Shown here piece after piece: positions 1 to 14,900 of a DNA stretch of 64,000 nucleotides (positions are counted from its first letter, which is position 1; each line of letters begins with the position of its first letter). The translations under genes were made by a program, and so were the position numbers. The stretch is from Vicugna vicugna (lineage: Eukaryota), in NCBI GenBank assembly GCA_013265495.1, contig MU058796.1, forward strand, positions 434,001 to 498,000. Direction: 5' to 3'. Below the pieces are notes generated by a model. The model saw only the letters and a program-made list of their open reading frames with translations. It ran no database searches and had not been told where the DNA came from.

Positions 1-3000
1 CTGGAACGAGCCCCACCGAGTTTGCTCTTTGCTCAGCTCGAGTTGCACAATTAGGAAAAGTCACATCCGTTTGGTAAATAATTGCCTGTTGGGTTGTCTC
101 TTACTAAATCAAGTTTGATCTTGGACAAAACTTAAAAGATGGGCACTAAGGCGGCAGAATGCGTCCATAGCAGAAAAGTAGTTTGTGTGCTGTCTTTGGC
201 AACATTCCCAGTTGTGATGGGACTCCTGACCTAGGTAAAAGGTAACTTTGTAACTTTAACTTAGTATCTTTATAATGATACTTGAGAAACTCCTTATAAG
301 AAAATCTACTTCTGTTCAGGTGTGTTATGGAACTTTTTTGTTGGCCTTCCTTCCACCCTCCAATACATTTATGCATGATAGAATACTGCAGAACAAATGT
401 TCTGTTGTTTAGTTTCTTCAGACATTCTGATTCTCTCCTTTTGTTGCTTGCCTCTAAAAGAGGTGCCATTTCACATCATTCTGCACAAATTGTTTGAATT
501 AATGCAAGTGTGAATTCTTACCGTTTGAAGGGGACTATTAGCATATCAAAGGTTTCTTAGCTTCAGCTCGATTGAGAAAACTTCAGCCTGTCTTCCATTT
601 GCTTCCAAGTGGAGGCCCAAAGGGCAATGAGAATTGTAAAGGGTAAAAATAGGGAGGTGGATTCAGGCTGTGTTTCTGCACTTTTACTGTTTTGTAATTA
701 TGTGAACGAAAAACATTGTCTGTTGCTGTGGAGCCCTTGCAAATGGAAAGACAATTATTTTCTATTGATAGATGGTTTGTTCCTAGAAAAAGGGTGACCT
801 TTTATTTTATGATAGTCACTGTTGCCTGTCTTTTGGGGTCCCTTGAGTGGAAGAGTGAAAAAGCTTTTCCTTCTAACTTAATACTTTTCTAGGGCCTACA
901 CTTTGTTACATGAGTAAAATGGTTAAGAAAGGCTTTTAATTAGTGTGTAAAACAATAGAAATCTTGTGATAAAAGGACACATTTCTATACCTTGGAAACT
1001 TTATTTTTAATAAGCTTGGTAAATTAATAGGTAAAATTAGTGGAGAGTTGAGTATTAAGACTCAACATGAACTTTGTTAGTGCAACTTCTATTGCAAGTG
1101 TAAGTTTGAAAAAGGTTTTTTTCTAAGTGATGCTCAAATTTTTCATGAATTGTATATAGAGATAATTGTTTGAATATTGATTTTTTGTCTCAATTTTTGT
1201 ATTTTATCAAACATAGTGAACTTGTGAATTCTGCTTAAAGTTGGTTTGTTTTTCTTAATATTTATAGCATTATTTGCTCATGCTTTTTTAAATTTGCACA
1301 GAGATAGGTTCTTTGAATTTCTTTTAACAACTCAGTATCCATTAATGAAGAAACAAGTAAGAACAAGTACTTGGGTCATTTGAATCATTTTTTGGTGAGC
1401 AAATGGGTCAAGGGAGAACTTTTATCTTCAACTTCTGGAGAAATAATTGGTTTTGTTTATTTAGCTTTAGATTTCCTAAAACCTAGTTTCAAGATGAAAA
1501 TGAATCTCAGGGATGGTTTGGAGATTTGTAAGATTTGTAATATTTTACCTTTGATGGTTGATTGATTTTGAACGTGAATTGATGTCCTTTCATTAGAGGA
1601 GGGCTTTTTATCCTCATGTTCAGAACTCCTTGTTTTTCTTTTAAAAGTGAAAATTTGGAGGGAAAAATAATTATTAATCACTTAACATTTTAATCTTCAG
1701 TTTAATAGGATGATAATTTTTTTAGTGGCATTTAAGTTGTGTATTATTACCCTGAAATCAGTAAATGATAGTTTATTTATCTGATCCCTTCAGTTGTCTA
1801 AGAGTACTTTTGAGGCAGAAAAGCCCACGTTGATGTAATTGCTGTTATTGCACTTAAGTTGCTGTTAGCTAGTCTGCTTTGAATGCAGAGTGCTGTAAAG
1901 AAAATACATTATCCTTTAGAGCTATAAGTGATAATCTAAAAATTGTCTTGAAAACATTGCTCTTCATTTTACATGATGGTGATCCTGAATTCACCAAATT
2001 TCTAAATGTGTAAAATGCAGTGAAAAGATTTTTCAACAGTAAGATGACAAAACTGGACTGTTTAGACAAAAATTAATGTGTTGTAGAAGCACTTCAGCTG
2101 CCATCTTCAATCACTGTGGGTTACTATGTGTTGGCAACAGAAAACGAATTTCGAAATGCAGATAGCTCTGGGAGCAGGTAGTTGGGGAAATGAGAATATT
2201 GAATCATGTGGGGTAGAACAAACCAATTACTTGAGGTTTTGACTTGAAGTGTTCCAATAAATATAATTTTTTCCAGGCTTTTGACTCTCTTATTAATGGA
2301 CTAACATCAAAGCAGACAACAAAATGTCCAAGCGTTATAAAAACTAATATAAATATACAGATCTCAAATGGAGTACCGCAAGTCTTAATTTAAGGCAAGC
2401 GTTTGGAGTTTTTATTGCTGCAATTTTCACAATGAGCAAAAACGTTAACACCAAGCTTCTGGGCGTTTCCTTTCTTAAAATTAACAAGAGAAGAGCTTTA
2501 AAACTAAAGTTTACTTAGGGTTAGAACTTTATTTGATCATTATTGGAGCTTTCCATGTTTTGTTAAAAAATTTTAAATAATATTTTAGTGTATTAAGTAA
2601 TATAGGAATATGAGAGCTAAGATTGAGATGTTGGGAAGGTCAGGAGGTAACTAGAAATCGGCACGTCATAGTAATAAAATGTAACTGCTCTATTTCCTCT
2701 CAAAATATTTATTTGATCTAACTTTTGTGAATAAATATTCAATAACACTGAGTTTACTGACAGGTGTACTATGAGATGAAGAGAGCATTATAATGTATTC
2801 TAAGGTATGGGCCAGTTACCGTCATCCCTACCTGAGAGAAATCTGTTTTTGTTTTAATGAGAATCCATACCACGTACACAGTACTTGTACATAGATTAGA
2901 AATGAAATACACAGTTTTAGAAATTTGAAGAATTTAGTATCGTATAGGATTGCTATTTAAAAATAGCAACTTTAGCTGCTAGACCCAGAAGGACTTAAAA

Positions 3001-6000
3001 TCCTGTTGTGTTTTAGTCGTATCAGTTATTAAGATAATTTGTTTAAATATTAGTTCACGTTACCTAAATAGATATGTTTTGTTACTGTTTTCAACAAAGA
3101 TTAAAACATTTCTATTTTCAAAGATAGATTAAATCATAGTTTAGTTAACTTCTCTCTTACATAAGACTAATTAGTCTGTAACCCCACCCAAATATTCATC
3201 TCTTCAAATAATTCTTGATTTAAGGTTGAAAGGTTGAAAAGTATTTAATCACCCAGATTACTGTAATTAGACTTGATGTTATCAAAAAATTGGGACTGTT
3301 ATCTAAAATCTTTGCTACTCAAGATTGGTCAAGTAGTGATTATTATTATTTTTAATGCTTTAAGAAAAAGGTTAAGGAAGTAGGTTAACTTAGAGATAGC
3401 TAATTATTGGAATTAAAGAATTAGAGTTCTAAAATAGTGACATTTTTCTTGACCTAATGTGATAACTTTAGAGGATTAACTAAAACTAGGATCTAATTCC
3501 TAAATTTTATTCAGGACTTCAGTGTGGTATTTTGAGTTTAGTTATATAGGTTTTGTAAAATATATGTTATAAACTATGAAAATCCCATAAATGCTATTGT
3601 GATGTAAGTGGGTATTTTTTTAAGTGGATTATTGTGTTGAATAAGAAAAAGTCCTAAACAACCAAAAATACTTAAAAAATCTCTTTAGTTCATTTATCTG
3701 GTGGACTAAATGTAGGCAATAATGTGCAGATACTCTCCAATATGTTCTTCTCCAACAATTTTTAAAAAGCGATTTCTTACCAAAAAAAATTCCCGTATTT
3801 TGCAAATAAAAATTATCTTTAAAAAAAGAAAGGTAGTTGGAATGAAGGAACCAAGCGCTTAACACCTGCAAGTAAAGTGCAGCTTATATAGCAAAGTGCT
3901 ATTGATTGCTTTAGAAGCATAGAACAAGTTTAAATACAATTTGTTTAATTACAACAAAAATGCAGTTTTATGAAGTAATATAGTTTGTCTTAGTAAAGGA
4001 TTTTATACATTGTGTGGTGGTAAGTAAAATCCCATCACAGTTGTATAAATTTGTTCAATTACCAGAACGGCTAAGAGAAAAATAATCAATTTACTTTGAA
4101 AAGCAACAGAAATTAGATTACCTTGGTTAGTAGGAACTTGCCAGCAGTGTCTAAATTGCTTAATAATATCAAAAGTTACCATGTTTCACAGTATAAGGAT
4201 ATTGGCACCTGTTTTTTTATGCACACATCTTGTTTACTCGGTGACTTTTGTTATGTGAACATTTTTTTTCTTTTTGCTTTCCATCTTTGTTTGCTTTGCT
4301 GGATTTCTAAAATTTGTAATCGGTTGATATTTCAAATCAGTGTAGTGAAAAAGCAGATGTAATTTTATGAATCAAAAGAAACCTAGTCTATCGGTAGGAA
4401 TAGCTAGGTTATTATCAGCAACAGAAACACATCAGAAAATTTACAGACTCTAGAATTATAGAGCACTCTACATCTTAAATTCTTAACAGCAATAAAGTGG
4501 TGTGGGATTCATCGGAGCAGATAGCTGGGCACCTGTTTTATTACCACCTGGATTCATTCTGGCACCCAGATTTACTGAAGTACAAGAACCAGCACAACTG
4601 CTACTCACAGCCACCCGGCTGTTTTTAGGTCATGAAGTCAACTTCCTGGAATTTCTTGGGAAACCAGTTGAAAAGGGAGGACAAATGTCACTTTAAATAG
4701 AGATGTTTAAATCAGATTTCTGCCTGAGGGTAAAATTTAGGTCTGTTTTAGCCCGGATGTAATGTCTCCCTCTACAGAGCACAGCATTAATCACGACCTG
4801 ACAAGAAAACGTATGCTGAGCAAAACGGGCCCCTGTTGGTCTTGTCATTGATTTTTCCAATCTGCGAGGAGTACATTATAAACATTAAAATTCACACATA
4901 GGGATTATACCTTAATCTCTGAATTTCAATGTTGAAATATAGTTGCTTAAGAGAAGCCTACTTAAAGCTGAAGAATCTTTGGGGGACTTTTTTAAAGGAT
5001 AGATTCAATACTTCAATAAAAATAGAAATATAAGATTAAAGAAATACAAGATTGAAAAGCAGGTAGGTTAAGCAGAAGTTAACTTCTTAAATTAATGACC
5101 AAATCTCAATTGTTTTAAGATGCATGAAGTGATTTTGAAAATGTTCTACGTTACAGCAGAAAAAAGAAACAAATAAAAACAGTTAGTTCTCCGAAATTAA
5201 AGATAGAAGTTGAAAAGATGGTCAACTTTTGACTTAATTCAAACACATTATTTTGTTAGGATTAAACTAGATACAACTCTGTCTTCTTCTGGGTGAATAA
5301 CGAAATCTTTAGCCACTGTAGTAGCAAAGAAGAATGCACTATGAGATTCCTAATAAAAGAGAAAGGATTTAATTTTGCTCTTTCAATTTATTAGATAATA
5401 CTCTTTAAGTCCTTTCTTGGTCAAATATATATACATACATACTTACATAACCATACAATTTATATTCTGTGTCTTTGCATATATCAACCTTTATTGAGAG
5501 GATTGGCAAAAAATTAGCACAGATGCAAGTTTAAAATGTAAAATATGTATGATTAAGATTTTTGAAAATGGTAGACTTATTTGAACTCTGTTTTGTTCTC
5601 AAAGGTATCTGCTACCTTTGGACCAGGAAATTCTTGTGCTATCCACACTTTGCTTCATTTTGTAGGTATTTTTACATCAGTCCACACCTCACACAGATTA
5701 TACCACTGGATTTAGATGACAGAATAATCTAACCCCAATTACTGTCAAAAATGGTTCTTGGATGTCGGGGGTGGTCTAGGTGACCTTGCATTTGACTAAT
5801 GCTTTTTCTTGAAGAGGGTAGTACATAGTATCTATCTGTAGAGAGAGGAAAAGAGGAATTTCTCTGTTTTGTTTTAAAAAATGAGTTCTAATTTCATTTT
5901 TTCTTAAAATTAAATATTGTGGCACTAGTTCTCCGTATAATGGGTGAATCATTACAAGATTTTAGATGAGGTTTTGGTTGATAGAATATTTCTGTTTTAT

Positions 6001-9000
6001 ATAGACTATATTTACTTAATCAGTTCTCAATTACAACTTACTACAAAAAAAATCATGTTGAAAACTATTTTCTCTGTGTCTTTACTTTGAAGCGAAGTAT
6101 TTCTATTTGGAATTATTATTTCTTTATTCTACTGGTAGCTTCCTTGCAGGAATTTTATTCCTCTGCTTTAAAAGCCTACCCTTTTTTATTGTTTATTTCT
6201 GTGGTTTTTGATTAGAAATTACAGAACACATTTTATATATAGCATTTTCTTTATGTTCTTAATCCCAAGATGCTTATGATGTGTTTTAAATCTTCAAATT
6301 CCTGGCTTTTCTATGATTAATGTCCAAGACAGTTTGGGAAACATTAATTTTGGTGATGTTGTAAGCTTATACGTTTGTGTCCCGGTGATTGCACATATTT
6401 TCATAGAACTGATAAAGGATTCTTAATGTATTAAATAATGAATTGATCTATTTTATATACCTTGTTTTCCATTTAATAAAAGATGGACGTAATTCAAAAA
6501 TGCTTCATTTTGCTTCATTGCATGAACAAATAAAAATTATACTAAAATTATGATGTTCTAGATATTTTCACTTTTACTAAGGACATTTAGCTGTTTTTGT
6601 CCTTTTCAGAGTTGTTTGTCATGTGAAAGACATTTGACTATTATGTGCTTCCTCTTGATAGCTGTGTTGATGAGTAAGAGGGGGAACACCCGACCCCCTT
6701 TGTTTTTTTCTGCTACAAATGCTTTGTCATCCATAGCCTTGATGGAGGCCTCTTTTCATATTTTCTTTGGTTTCAAACCAGGTCTACAGCCTGAATATTT
6801 AAAAATATAAGTGAAACAAAATTTTCTTTCTTTTGAGTAAATAACTCACTAAAAACCCGGCTTATTATAAGTTGTCTTTCCCATTAACCTTATTTTCTTT
6901 GTTTAATTGGAAAAAAGAAATATAATATCTGTGTATGATATTTCTGTACATTTTAGCATGAGTTAGCATATCTTTGATAATTTTTTTGTTTAATAAAAAT
7001 CTTAGTTTTTTTTAAAAAAATCACTTTTTATAAGCCTGTCAATTCATTTATAGGTAAGTCAAACTGAATTTGCCTCAAATTTACAGTCACTGCGTATATG
7101 CTATAAAGGTGGTGTATGCATGTTGGAAGTGGGGAGTCTTAAAGCAGGAGAGCATCAAGCATTGTCCAGAAACAATTTTGGGGCAACACTTTACCCCCAA
7201 GATTTTGAAATCGTTCTTTGCTTTTTTGTTCCCCCTTGGCAGAGATGCGCCTTAACTCTGTGTACCTGGGGAAAGGAATATGGTGAAAGAGGAGAGTGTA
7301 AATAGAAATCTAAAACAGATTCTGGGAAAGATATTATGGAGGGATAAAGAACATTTTGCAAACCAGTTCAAACAGGACAGGGTATCCTGTACTGTTTTTT
7401 TCCTGTTTTGTATTCTATTAATGAAAATATATTTATTTTTCAGAGGTAAATACTTTCTGGTTTAAGTTTATGAATTGTTCTAAATAAGGAGAAAATGTAG
7501 TTGTTACTGTAGTCATTTAAAATTGATTTTTTTTTTTTTTGTCTTTCACTGTAAATCTAAGATGCTGCTTTCTATTGCTTACTTTGCAATCAGAAGATGC
7601 AGCAGATAAGTGGGTGGGGCAGCTTTGTTTGGGTGGTCTGCCATTTCAGGCTGATGCTGTGTAAGCAAGGTAGTAGCTCTTGGGTGACTGTGAAAAGTTT
7701 ATGTATCCTGCCTGCTTGAGCTGCATTCTTAACCAAGATGAAGGACAAGAATAATCATGTTGAACCACAAATTTTCAGGAGCAGTTATTTTAATCACTTA
7801 ATTGGTAAAGAGGAGGGAATAATGCTAGATAATAGTATTTTTTATACAGTGGTGACCTGCATCTTTACGCAGGCAACTGCCTGCATGTTTCAAATATTTT
7901 TGCTAACCCTTATTATTACCTGTAGAGGGAGCTTGCATATGAGATAAAATAATCAGGGCAGTATAAATGGATAATTTCTCTTCTGAAATTATCTTATTAA
8001 TATATTTTAAATTTTTTGTTTGAGAAAAATTGTTCTAAGGAAAATAAAGCATTGTGGGATTAGTCAAATTCTAGTGAAATTTAATATACTATACGCCAGA
8101 TATTTATCATTTCCTATATTCACAGATTATAAATACTTTTTGCTTTTCTTAATTAGTAAAAATAATTTGAGAGATAATGAAAATAATGAATCCGGTTTGT
8201 TTTGAGATTTAATTTTTTTAATAATTGGCTCTGGGAGGATGGCTGCAGAACTCTTTCTTATTTAATACCCCAAAATTGTTGAAAGAGATCTGAATTTTTT
8301 AGTTTTCCAGATTATGTACAATATAAAATGGTCACTAAACAGTAAGGAGTAAATTACATTCCCCTACATTTATTAATAGATTAATTAGATGAGTTGGCTA
8401 CGCTCTTTTCTAAAAACAAAAATGATCACCTTACATTAGTGACTTTTGCTTGCAATAAAGGACCGATCAGTGCAGTGACACTTAAACAGGGAAACGAAGG
8501 ATCTAACGTTAAGTGACGTAGAAAACTGCTGTCTAACTTGGTAAAAAATGATTGCAGGCATGATAGACAGTGCTTGATTAAAAACTGATTTCTGTTTGTG
8601 AACCCTGTGTCAACTAAATTTCTAAGAAATTATTAGCTGGATATTTAGAAATACTAGAGAGTTTTATAAGCAGGTGTTTTGGTAATCTGGGTGGAAAGCC
8701 TCTAGGAGCATTTGGATGGCTTTAGTGATGAGCAGATTTTTCACATTACTTGCATATACTTAATTGTGCCAGGAAATTTAAGGATAGGATATTGTGCTAA
8801 ATTCTACCAGAAATGAATCGTTTTATTTTAATTTTACATTTTTGAATACTAACATTACTTAAGAATTTTTCTGGGAAAAAAAGGTTATCTACTTATGCAT
8901 CCTTGAAAAGAGATGTGATAGTTTATTTTTTCTCTGAGTTTACAAAGGAATGAGGTGACAAATAAAAGTACTTATTTTGTACTTTAAAAGGCTATTTCTT

Positions 9001-12000
9001 AATGAAATTTACTGTTGTGGAATTATTATTTTATTAGCTAATCTTTACCAATGTGAAAAGATTATTACTGTTATACAGAATGACCCTCTAAGTATGGAAA
9101 CTGTTGACTAATGAAGAGATTTAAGGCACTGGCATTGGCTTTTGTATAAGTATTACCCTCTCAGCATGGTCATACATTATCTTAACAAGTCTGTGCTATA
9201 TTTATGCAGAACATTTTCATATCAGGGTAAGAATATTAGCAACAGCAATTACATTTCAATAGGATTATGATGGTATGTTTTTCAAAAGTGTCCAAATGCT
9301 CCTTTCTGTAGAATTATTGCTGGGTATCCTGTACTGCCAGCTTTTTTTCATCGCCTTAAATAATATGATAAAAAGATTTCTTATCATAGTTGGTGCTAAA
9401 TATGATAGGTACTGGATAATGGAATCTGATATAACAGTTCTTTACCCTTTTCCCTCAAATTCCACACCTCCTTTCACAGTGAGGTAAGGGTTACTAGAGA
9501 GAATTCATTCCAGGAAAATTATTACGTGAGGAACAGTAACTGTCAGGGAGTGCATAACTTCTGTGAGGTTATTGGAAAGGCACAGCTAGGGTAAGTGCTA
9601 TTTGTTTTATCTTAAATCTGAAGGTAGACTGCTGAGTGATTTTTAAAATAATGAGATTTGAATTAATTGTAAAGAAAATGTGTTAATGAAAAGTTAATGA
9701 AATCATTATTGTAAAAGTATTATTATACTGGGGTTGCTTATGACGAGGAAGTTAATTGGCAGCTGCTTTTCAGTTTAAAATACTGACATTCTTTATAAAT
9801 TACTGAAGAAATTTTTATTAAGCATTCTTGAATGTATACTAAAAAAAGAACATGAATTACGGTAAAACACCCTCTCATTTGTATATTATGTTGAGTAAAT
9901 ATGTATTTGTTAATTGTTCCTGCATCTATATGAGCAGATTGCTTTTTTAAATAAGCTATGAGTAAAATATAATATGAAGAATAATTCTCCAGATGAGGGT
10001 AATGTATTAGGAGCATAGATATGAAACAGTCTTTTTTAGTGTAAATTTTATAAAAATGGAAGTTCCTATTAAAAAATAGATGAAATGTTTTATACTCTTT
10101 GAACCGAGTCATATATTTTAACATGTTAACATTTTAAACGAAAATTAGCAAAACATGTAATAAACGCTAAATAATATTTATTCAAAATTTTATATGTACC
10201 TCTTTGAAGAGTCTGGAACGCAAAACTATGAATCTGCATGTTTTAATAACTGTATTGGAAAATAATTTTTAAATGTATTTTAAATTATCTAATAACCAGG
10301 ATTTAAAAACTACTGTTTTCATTTTAATTATAAAAATAAACAATATTACTTTCTTTTTGGCTTTTATGTTTCAAAGGCATTTCCTTTTGTCTGTTTGGTA
10401 GACTTATTCAAACTGAAGTCTAGCAAAGGTTTATAAAAGACTATTTTTATTTTGTTTACTTTGTGTAGTATAGTTTTGTGACATTCACATATTGCTAATT
10501 CAAAACTGCATTAAAGGATGAAAGTGTTAAGATTCTAGAATATCAAATTTCTATTCATTTTTAAAAAGAAAATAGGATATTATAAATTATCTCCAATAGT
10601 TTAAACATAATTGTATTACCTTGTACAGAAATAAACAAAACACCTAGGGAACTATCAGAAATTCAAAATAGAAATACTGATGTTTTTTACTTATGGATAA
10701 TTTTGTCTCTCATATTTGTGTGGTTTCCGTATTTTAATATAAATATGATTCGTAAAACTGCTTTTTTGAGATTTACATTTAAGAAGGAAAAGAAAACCCA
10801 TTTACTCATTGAATTTTTATATAATGATTTTTTAAAAATTTGTATTTGATTTTCTTTAAATCAGGTTATTGATTCAAAAGGTTTTTTGTTTTGACCAAAC
10901 ATAAGTCAAAGCAGGAAGATAGTTGTTATTACTCATATCAGTGGCCTTAAATAAAAAGTTGGTTGAGGTTCAAGGGAATAGGTTAGCCCAGTGTTTTACT
11001 ACTTGTCAGAGCATCGTAATAAATGCTTTGTATCTCTCAGTAGTAATTATGAGCCCACAATAACAAATGTAAAAATAAATACCTAGCCCTTGGAAATTAC
11101 TTGAATTACACTTCAAGAGAATCTTTGTTTTAAGTCTGCTATGTGTGATTCACATAACATCTGCAGCACATTAGGTATTTAAGAATACATTTCAAAAAGC
11201 ACTTGTATCTTTGTAGGAATTTAGGGTTGATTAGTGCTTATAAAATACTTTATAGAATCGTGGTGACATAGAATTATAATAAACTTTGATGGTCAATTGT
11301 AACTTTCATACTTGGCTATTTTAATAACGTAGTCACTCTCCCACACCTCCCATTTGTTTTTATTTTTCACTAATTTTCTTGTATTGGCTTACTAAAATGT
11401 TAAGTGCATACGTTCTCTCAACATTTCAGCCTGGAAACCTATAACTGATTTCATTAACTGAGAATAGATACTCTTAAGACAAGTATTACTCAGTTAATAA
11501 TATTACATGATTAAAAAAACCAAGAACAAATCTTATCTTAGAATCCACATTTTCTGGAGTTGATTTTTTCAAAGACATTTAGAATTGATTTTTAATAGTT
11601 TAAGGATATTCTTTAAAAAATTACGAGAATAAGAATTAGAACAGCACTAACGTGAGAAACCCTGTAGCATAACCATTGCTTAAGTATTTTAAGAATATTG
11701 AGAATCTTATAGATTACACAGACTAAAGGATTCATTCTCTACATTGCCTGTTAATTCTGTGAAAACCAACAGAAACGTAGCAAGAGGGTTGTCGTTAACT
11801 CACCAAGATGTTAACTTTTAATTGAAAATAAACTAAAATATAGCTTTAATTTGTTAGGCTTTATTAAAATTGATTTTGCCTGTTTTTAAGGAATAAATTC
11901 ATCACAATTCCTATGTATTTGTAAAATTGATGATAATGTTTTTTTTTTTTTGTACTCAACACTATTTTGGTATTTTGTATGTTGCTTCTGTATTTTTGAT

Positions 12001-14249
12001 ATTTTCTCTGATATACTGTTTTCTTCAGATGTTTTAATAATTTCATGTTCATTTCTGAATCGACGGCTGAAGGCCTTATTTCTCTTTTTAAAAAAATTAA
12101 ATCAACAGTTTTTCATTTGACTTCCCAAGCATGCTGCTGTTTGACCTAAAGAGAGCAAGGATAAAAACTTAGTGATGAGTATCAGTGTATAGTTTAATGT
12201 GGAGTCTCATTATATGGTGATGGTCTTCAGAGTGTTTCCATATGATCTAATATATTATTTGAGGAATGCATATATCCTGCCATCCTATAATTAAACTTGT
12301 ATTACGAATAAAATTATATTTTTTAAAAAGATAAGTTTTTGTATCAAAAGGATTGATATGGGTAACAACATAGTACAATTGATGCTTTTGATTGGCCTTT
12401 CATCCTACTTTGTTTTATTTAGATTTGTTTCAACAAAAATATGGTAAGGCAAATAAATGTACTGGTTTTTGGCCAGGATTTAGCATTGTCTTGATTTCAT
12501 TTTTTCTGGCTGAAAATTAGGCTTTCTCTGTTATCTAAACATAAATTATTGCATTGTGTGTAAGGCTTAAGTGTCTATTGATTTTCTCTCATCTCTATTA
12601 GAATTCTTGACTTAGATATACTTTTGTAGTACTTTTATTATTTTAATATGCTGACATTAATTTCATATTTATTACATAAAAGAAATTTAGAAAGAGTGGA
12701 AAGTATGCAACCCTGTATAATGATAAGCTTTTAGACAGGGAACTATAACAGGTATCAATAATTCAGGTAGTTAGAAAGTCAAACTAAAATTATTAGGAAG
12801 TATTCCAGGAAACGACATGTCATTTTGGCTAAACAGTTAAAATTTTCATTAGCAATGCTTATAAAGGTTAATTTTTGGACCGTATCACAACTATAACCCT
12901 CTGAATTTTTAAAGCTCCGCTTATCTACTTGAACATTAATTCCTTACTTATCAAATTGACTTTTTAATGCTGAAGGCTCATTTAAGCTTCAGTATTCTAC
13001 ATCATTTTAACATACAATCAAAAATTAATGAGATTTAAGTGTTTGACATCTAGGTTAAAATTTTTTTAAATCACCTATCATGGTGGTATAAAAACAGTTT
13101 TAAAGGTAGAACTTTAGTCCATTTTTGTTGTTGCAAGAAAACAAATGAATGGATTAAAATCTATGAATAGATTAAAAAATATTTTAACAAACAATTCAGT
13201 GAAAATTGGAAGCTCCCTATCATTAATACTGAGCTTTCTTTATATGGACTTTGAGTTTTACTGATTGTATGCAAGCACAACCAATAAAGAATTGAATAAT
13301 ATACCTAGAACAGCATAGTTTTTGGTTTAATATATATGTATATATATTACTAATGTTAAAAATTAAAAATTGTTCTAAATTATAAATATAATAATCATAA
13401 ACTTATCTTTATCTGTCAGAATATAGTGCAGATACCTAAAAGTGTATTTGATTGTTTAGTTGAGAGGCAAATATTTCCATTTTTGGAATGGACTTATATT
13501 CAAGGCTATTATCTAACTCAAACTCCCTAAACCAGTTTTTTATTTATAGGGTACAACTAAGATCATAAAGGTAAATTTTAATGAAGTAAATCTTAATTTT
13601 GGGGCAGCCTTGTCATCATTCTATGTTGTGCAGTTTATAGGTTTCTCAAGACCAGAAGGTACCCCCACGCTAGAGCGATCCAGTTTTTGCCATTATCCTA
13701 CCTCTTACTCCTAGTTTTGATAAATTAAATTATATTAAGATGCACAGTAGTAGAGAATTTTTACTCTATGAAAGAGTTCTTTTGAGAGTTTAATTAAAAT
13801 AAAAGTCATACCCAAATCATCTTTTGAAATTTGGATCGTTCGTATGCAGATACGTTCTCGAAATACATTAGGCGTCTGTAGTTCACAACAACCATTCCAG
13901 ACAAAGGTGAATGTGTATAAATGACAGGTAATGGCTTGGATTTAGTTTAATAATTCACAGTATTTATAGTGCCTTGGGTTTTACTTTCAAGATGTTATTT
14001 TTGGTTTCCTACAATGCCACAGAGATCATTATGGCAGCACATGTGGTTTTAAAAATGTGACGGAACTTCTAGTACCGAGTTTGTCAGAATTGCCAGACCA
14101 AAAGTATGCATTAGCTTCCATTGGTCTTAAAGTCTGTATTTTAAAATATTGATTGTGTTTACCCTTTACAAGAACAGTTTTATCTATAAGTACATTTCAG
14201 CTGGTTAATCCATTAACTTCTGGGCTATAATTCTTTTCATTTAAAATCA

Positions 14250-14900
14250 ACAGCCATTTATTAAGGCCCTGCCTAAAGAAATGTACTGTGTAAGAACTGT
14301 GCTCTGTAGGTACTTATCTCATCAGAAAAACAGACCCTTCCACAAATAATTATAAGGTGTACTATAATGACATGCTAACCTGAAGTGTAGAGGAAAGGCT
14401 GTGGATATATATGGTAGGTGGAGTGAATTCCAAATGAGTAATATGGAAGAAAGAGGATCCATTTAAGTAGACCTGATGTAGGAGGAGGATTTCAGCAGAT
14501 GCAGGCTTTTTGAGGAAGAGGAAAAATCAGAGGTAAAGGTGCGGGAAAACAAAGACAGAAAATGGTTAACTTAAGGAGAATGTGTATGCAGGGTGTGAAT
14601 TGCACAGGAAGTGGAAGATGAAACTGGGATGTTTGGGGCATGTTTATGAAGAGCCTGTTGTACACTAAGGTTAGACTTTAACATGAAGGCTGTGAAAAGC
14701 TGTTAATATCTTCAACTGAGAAAGTCCTATATTTAATTGCTAACTCTTAAGGTGGTGTAACCTATGAACTAACGTAAGGAAATACTGGAGGAAATAGAAA
14801 CCTGGTTAGAAGGTAAGGGGCAGTGGCAACAGACAGGTTTGAAAAGTTTTGTAACCATAGGGTAGAATTTGGCAGTTGATTGAACCCGAGGTAGAAGAAG
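14250..14900 (-). mobile_element. Degenerate L2 LINE fragment(s)
   Basis: Starts with an L2 3'-end-like caacagccatttattaagg...tgtactgtgtaag, followed by a purine-rich stretch typical of antisense L2. Boundaries approximate. Confidence 0.45.

Noticed and set aside
1..200. Slight CpG enrichment at the window start as a promoter or CpG island
   Set aside because: Too short and too AT-rich; at most the fringe of something upstream.
2950..2969. Inverted repeat TTGCTATTT-AA-AAATAGCAA
   Set aside because: A single 9-bp arm in 64 kb of AT-rich DNA is plausible by chance, with no supporting context.
13830..13930. Possible Tigger3-like fragment (gatacgttctcgaaatacattaggcg)
   Set aside because: Similarity too short to call from memory.
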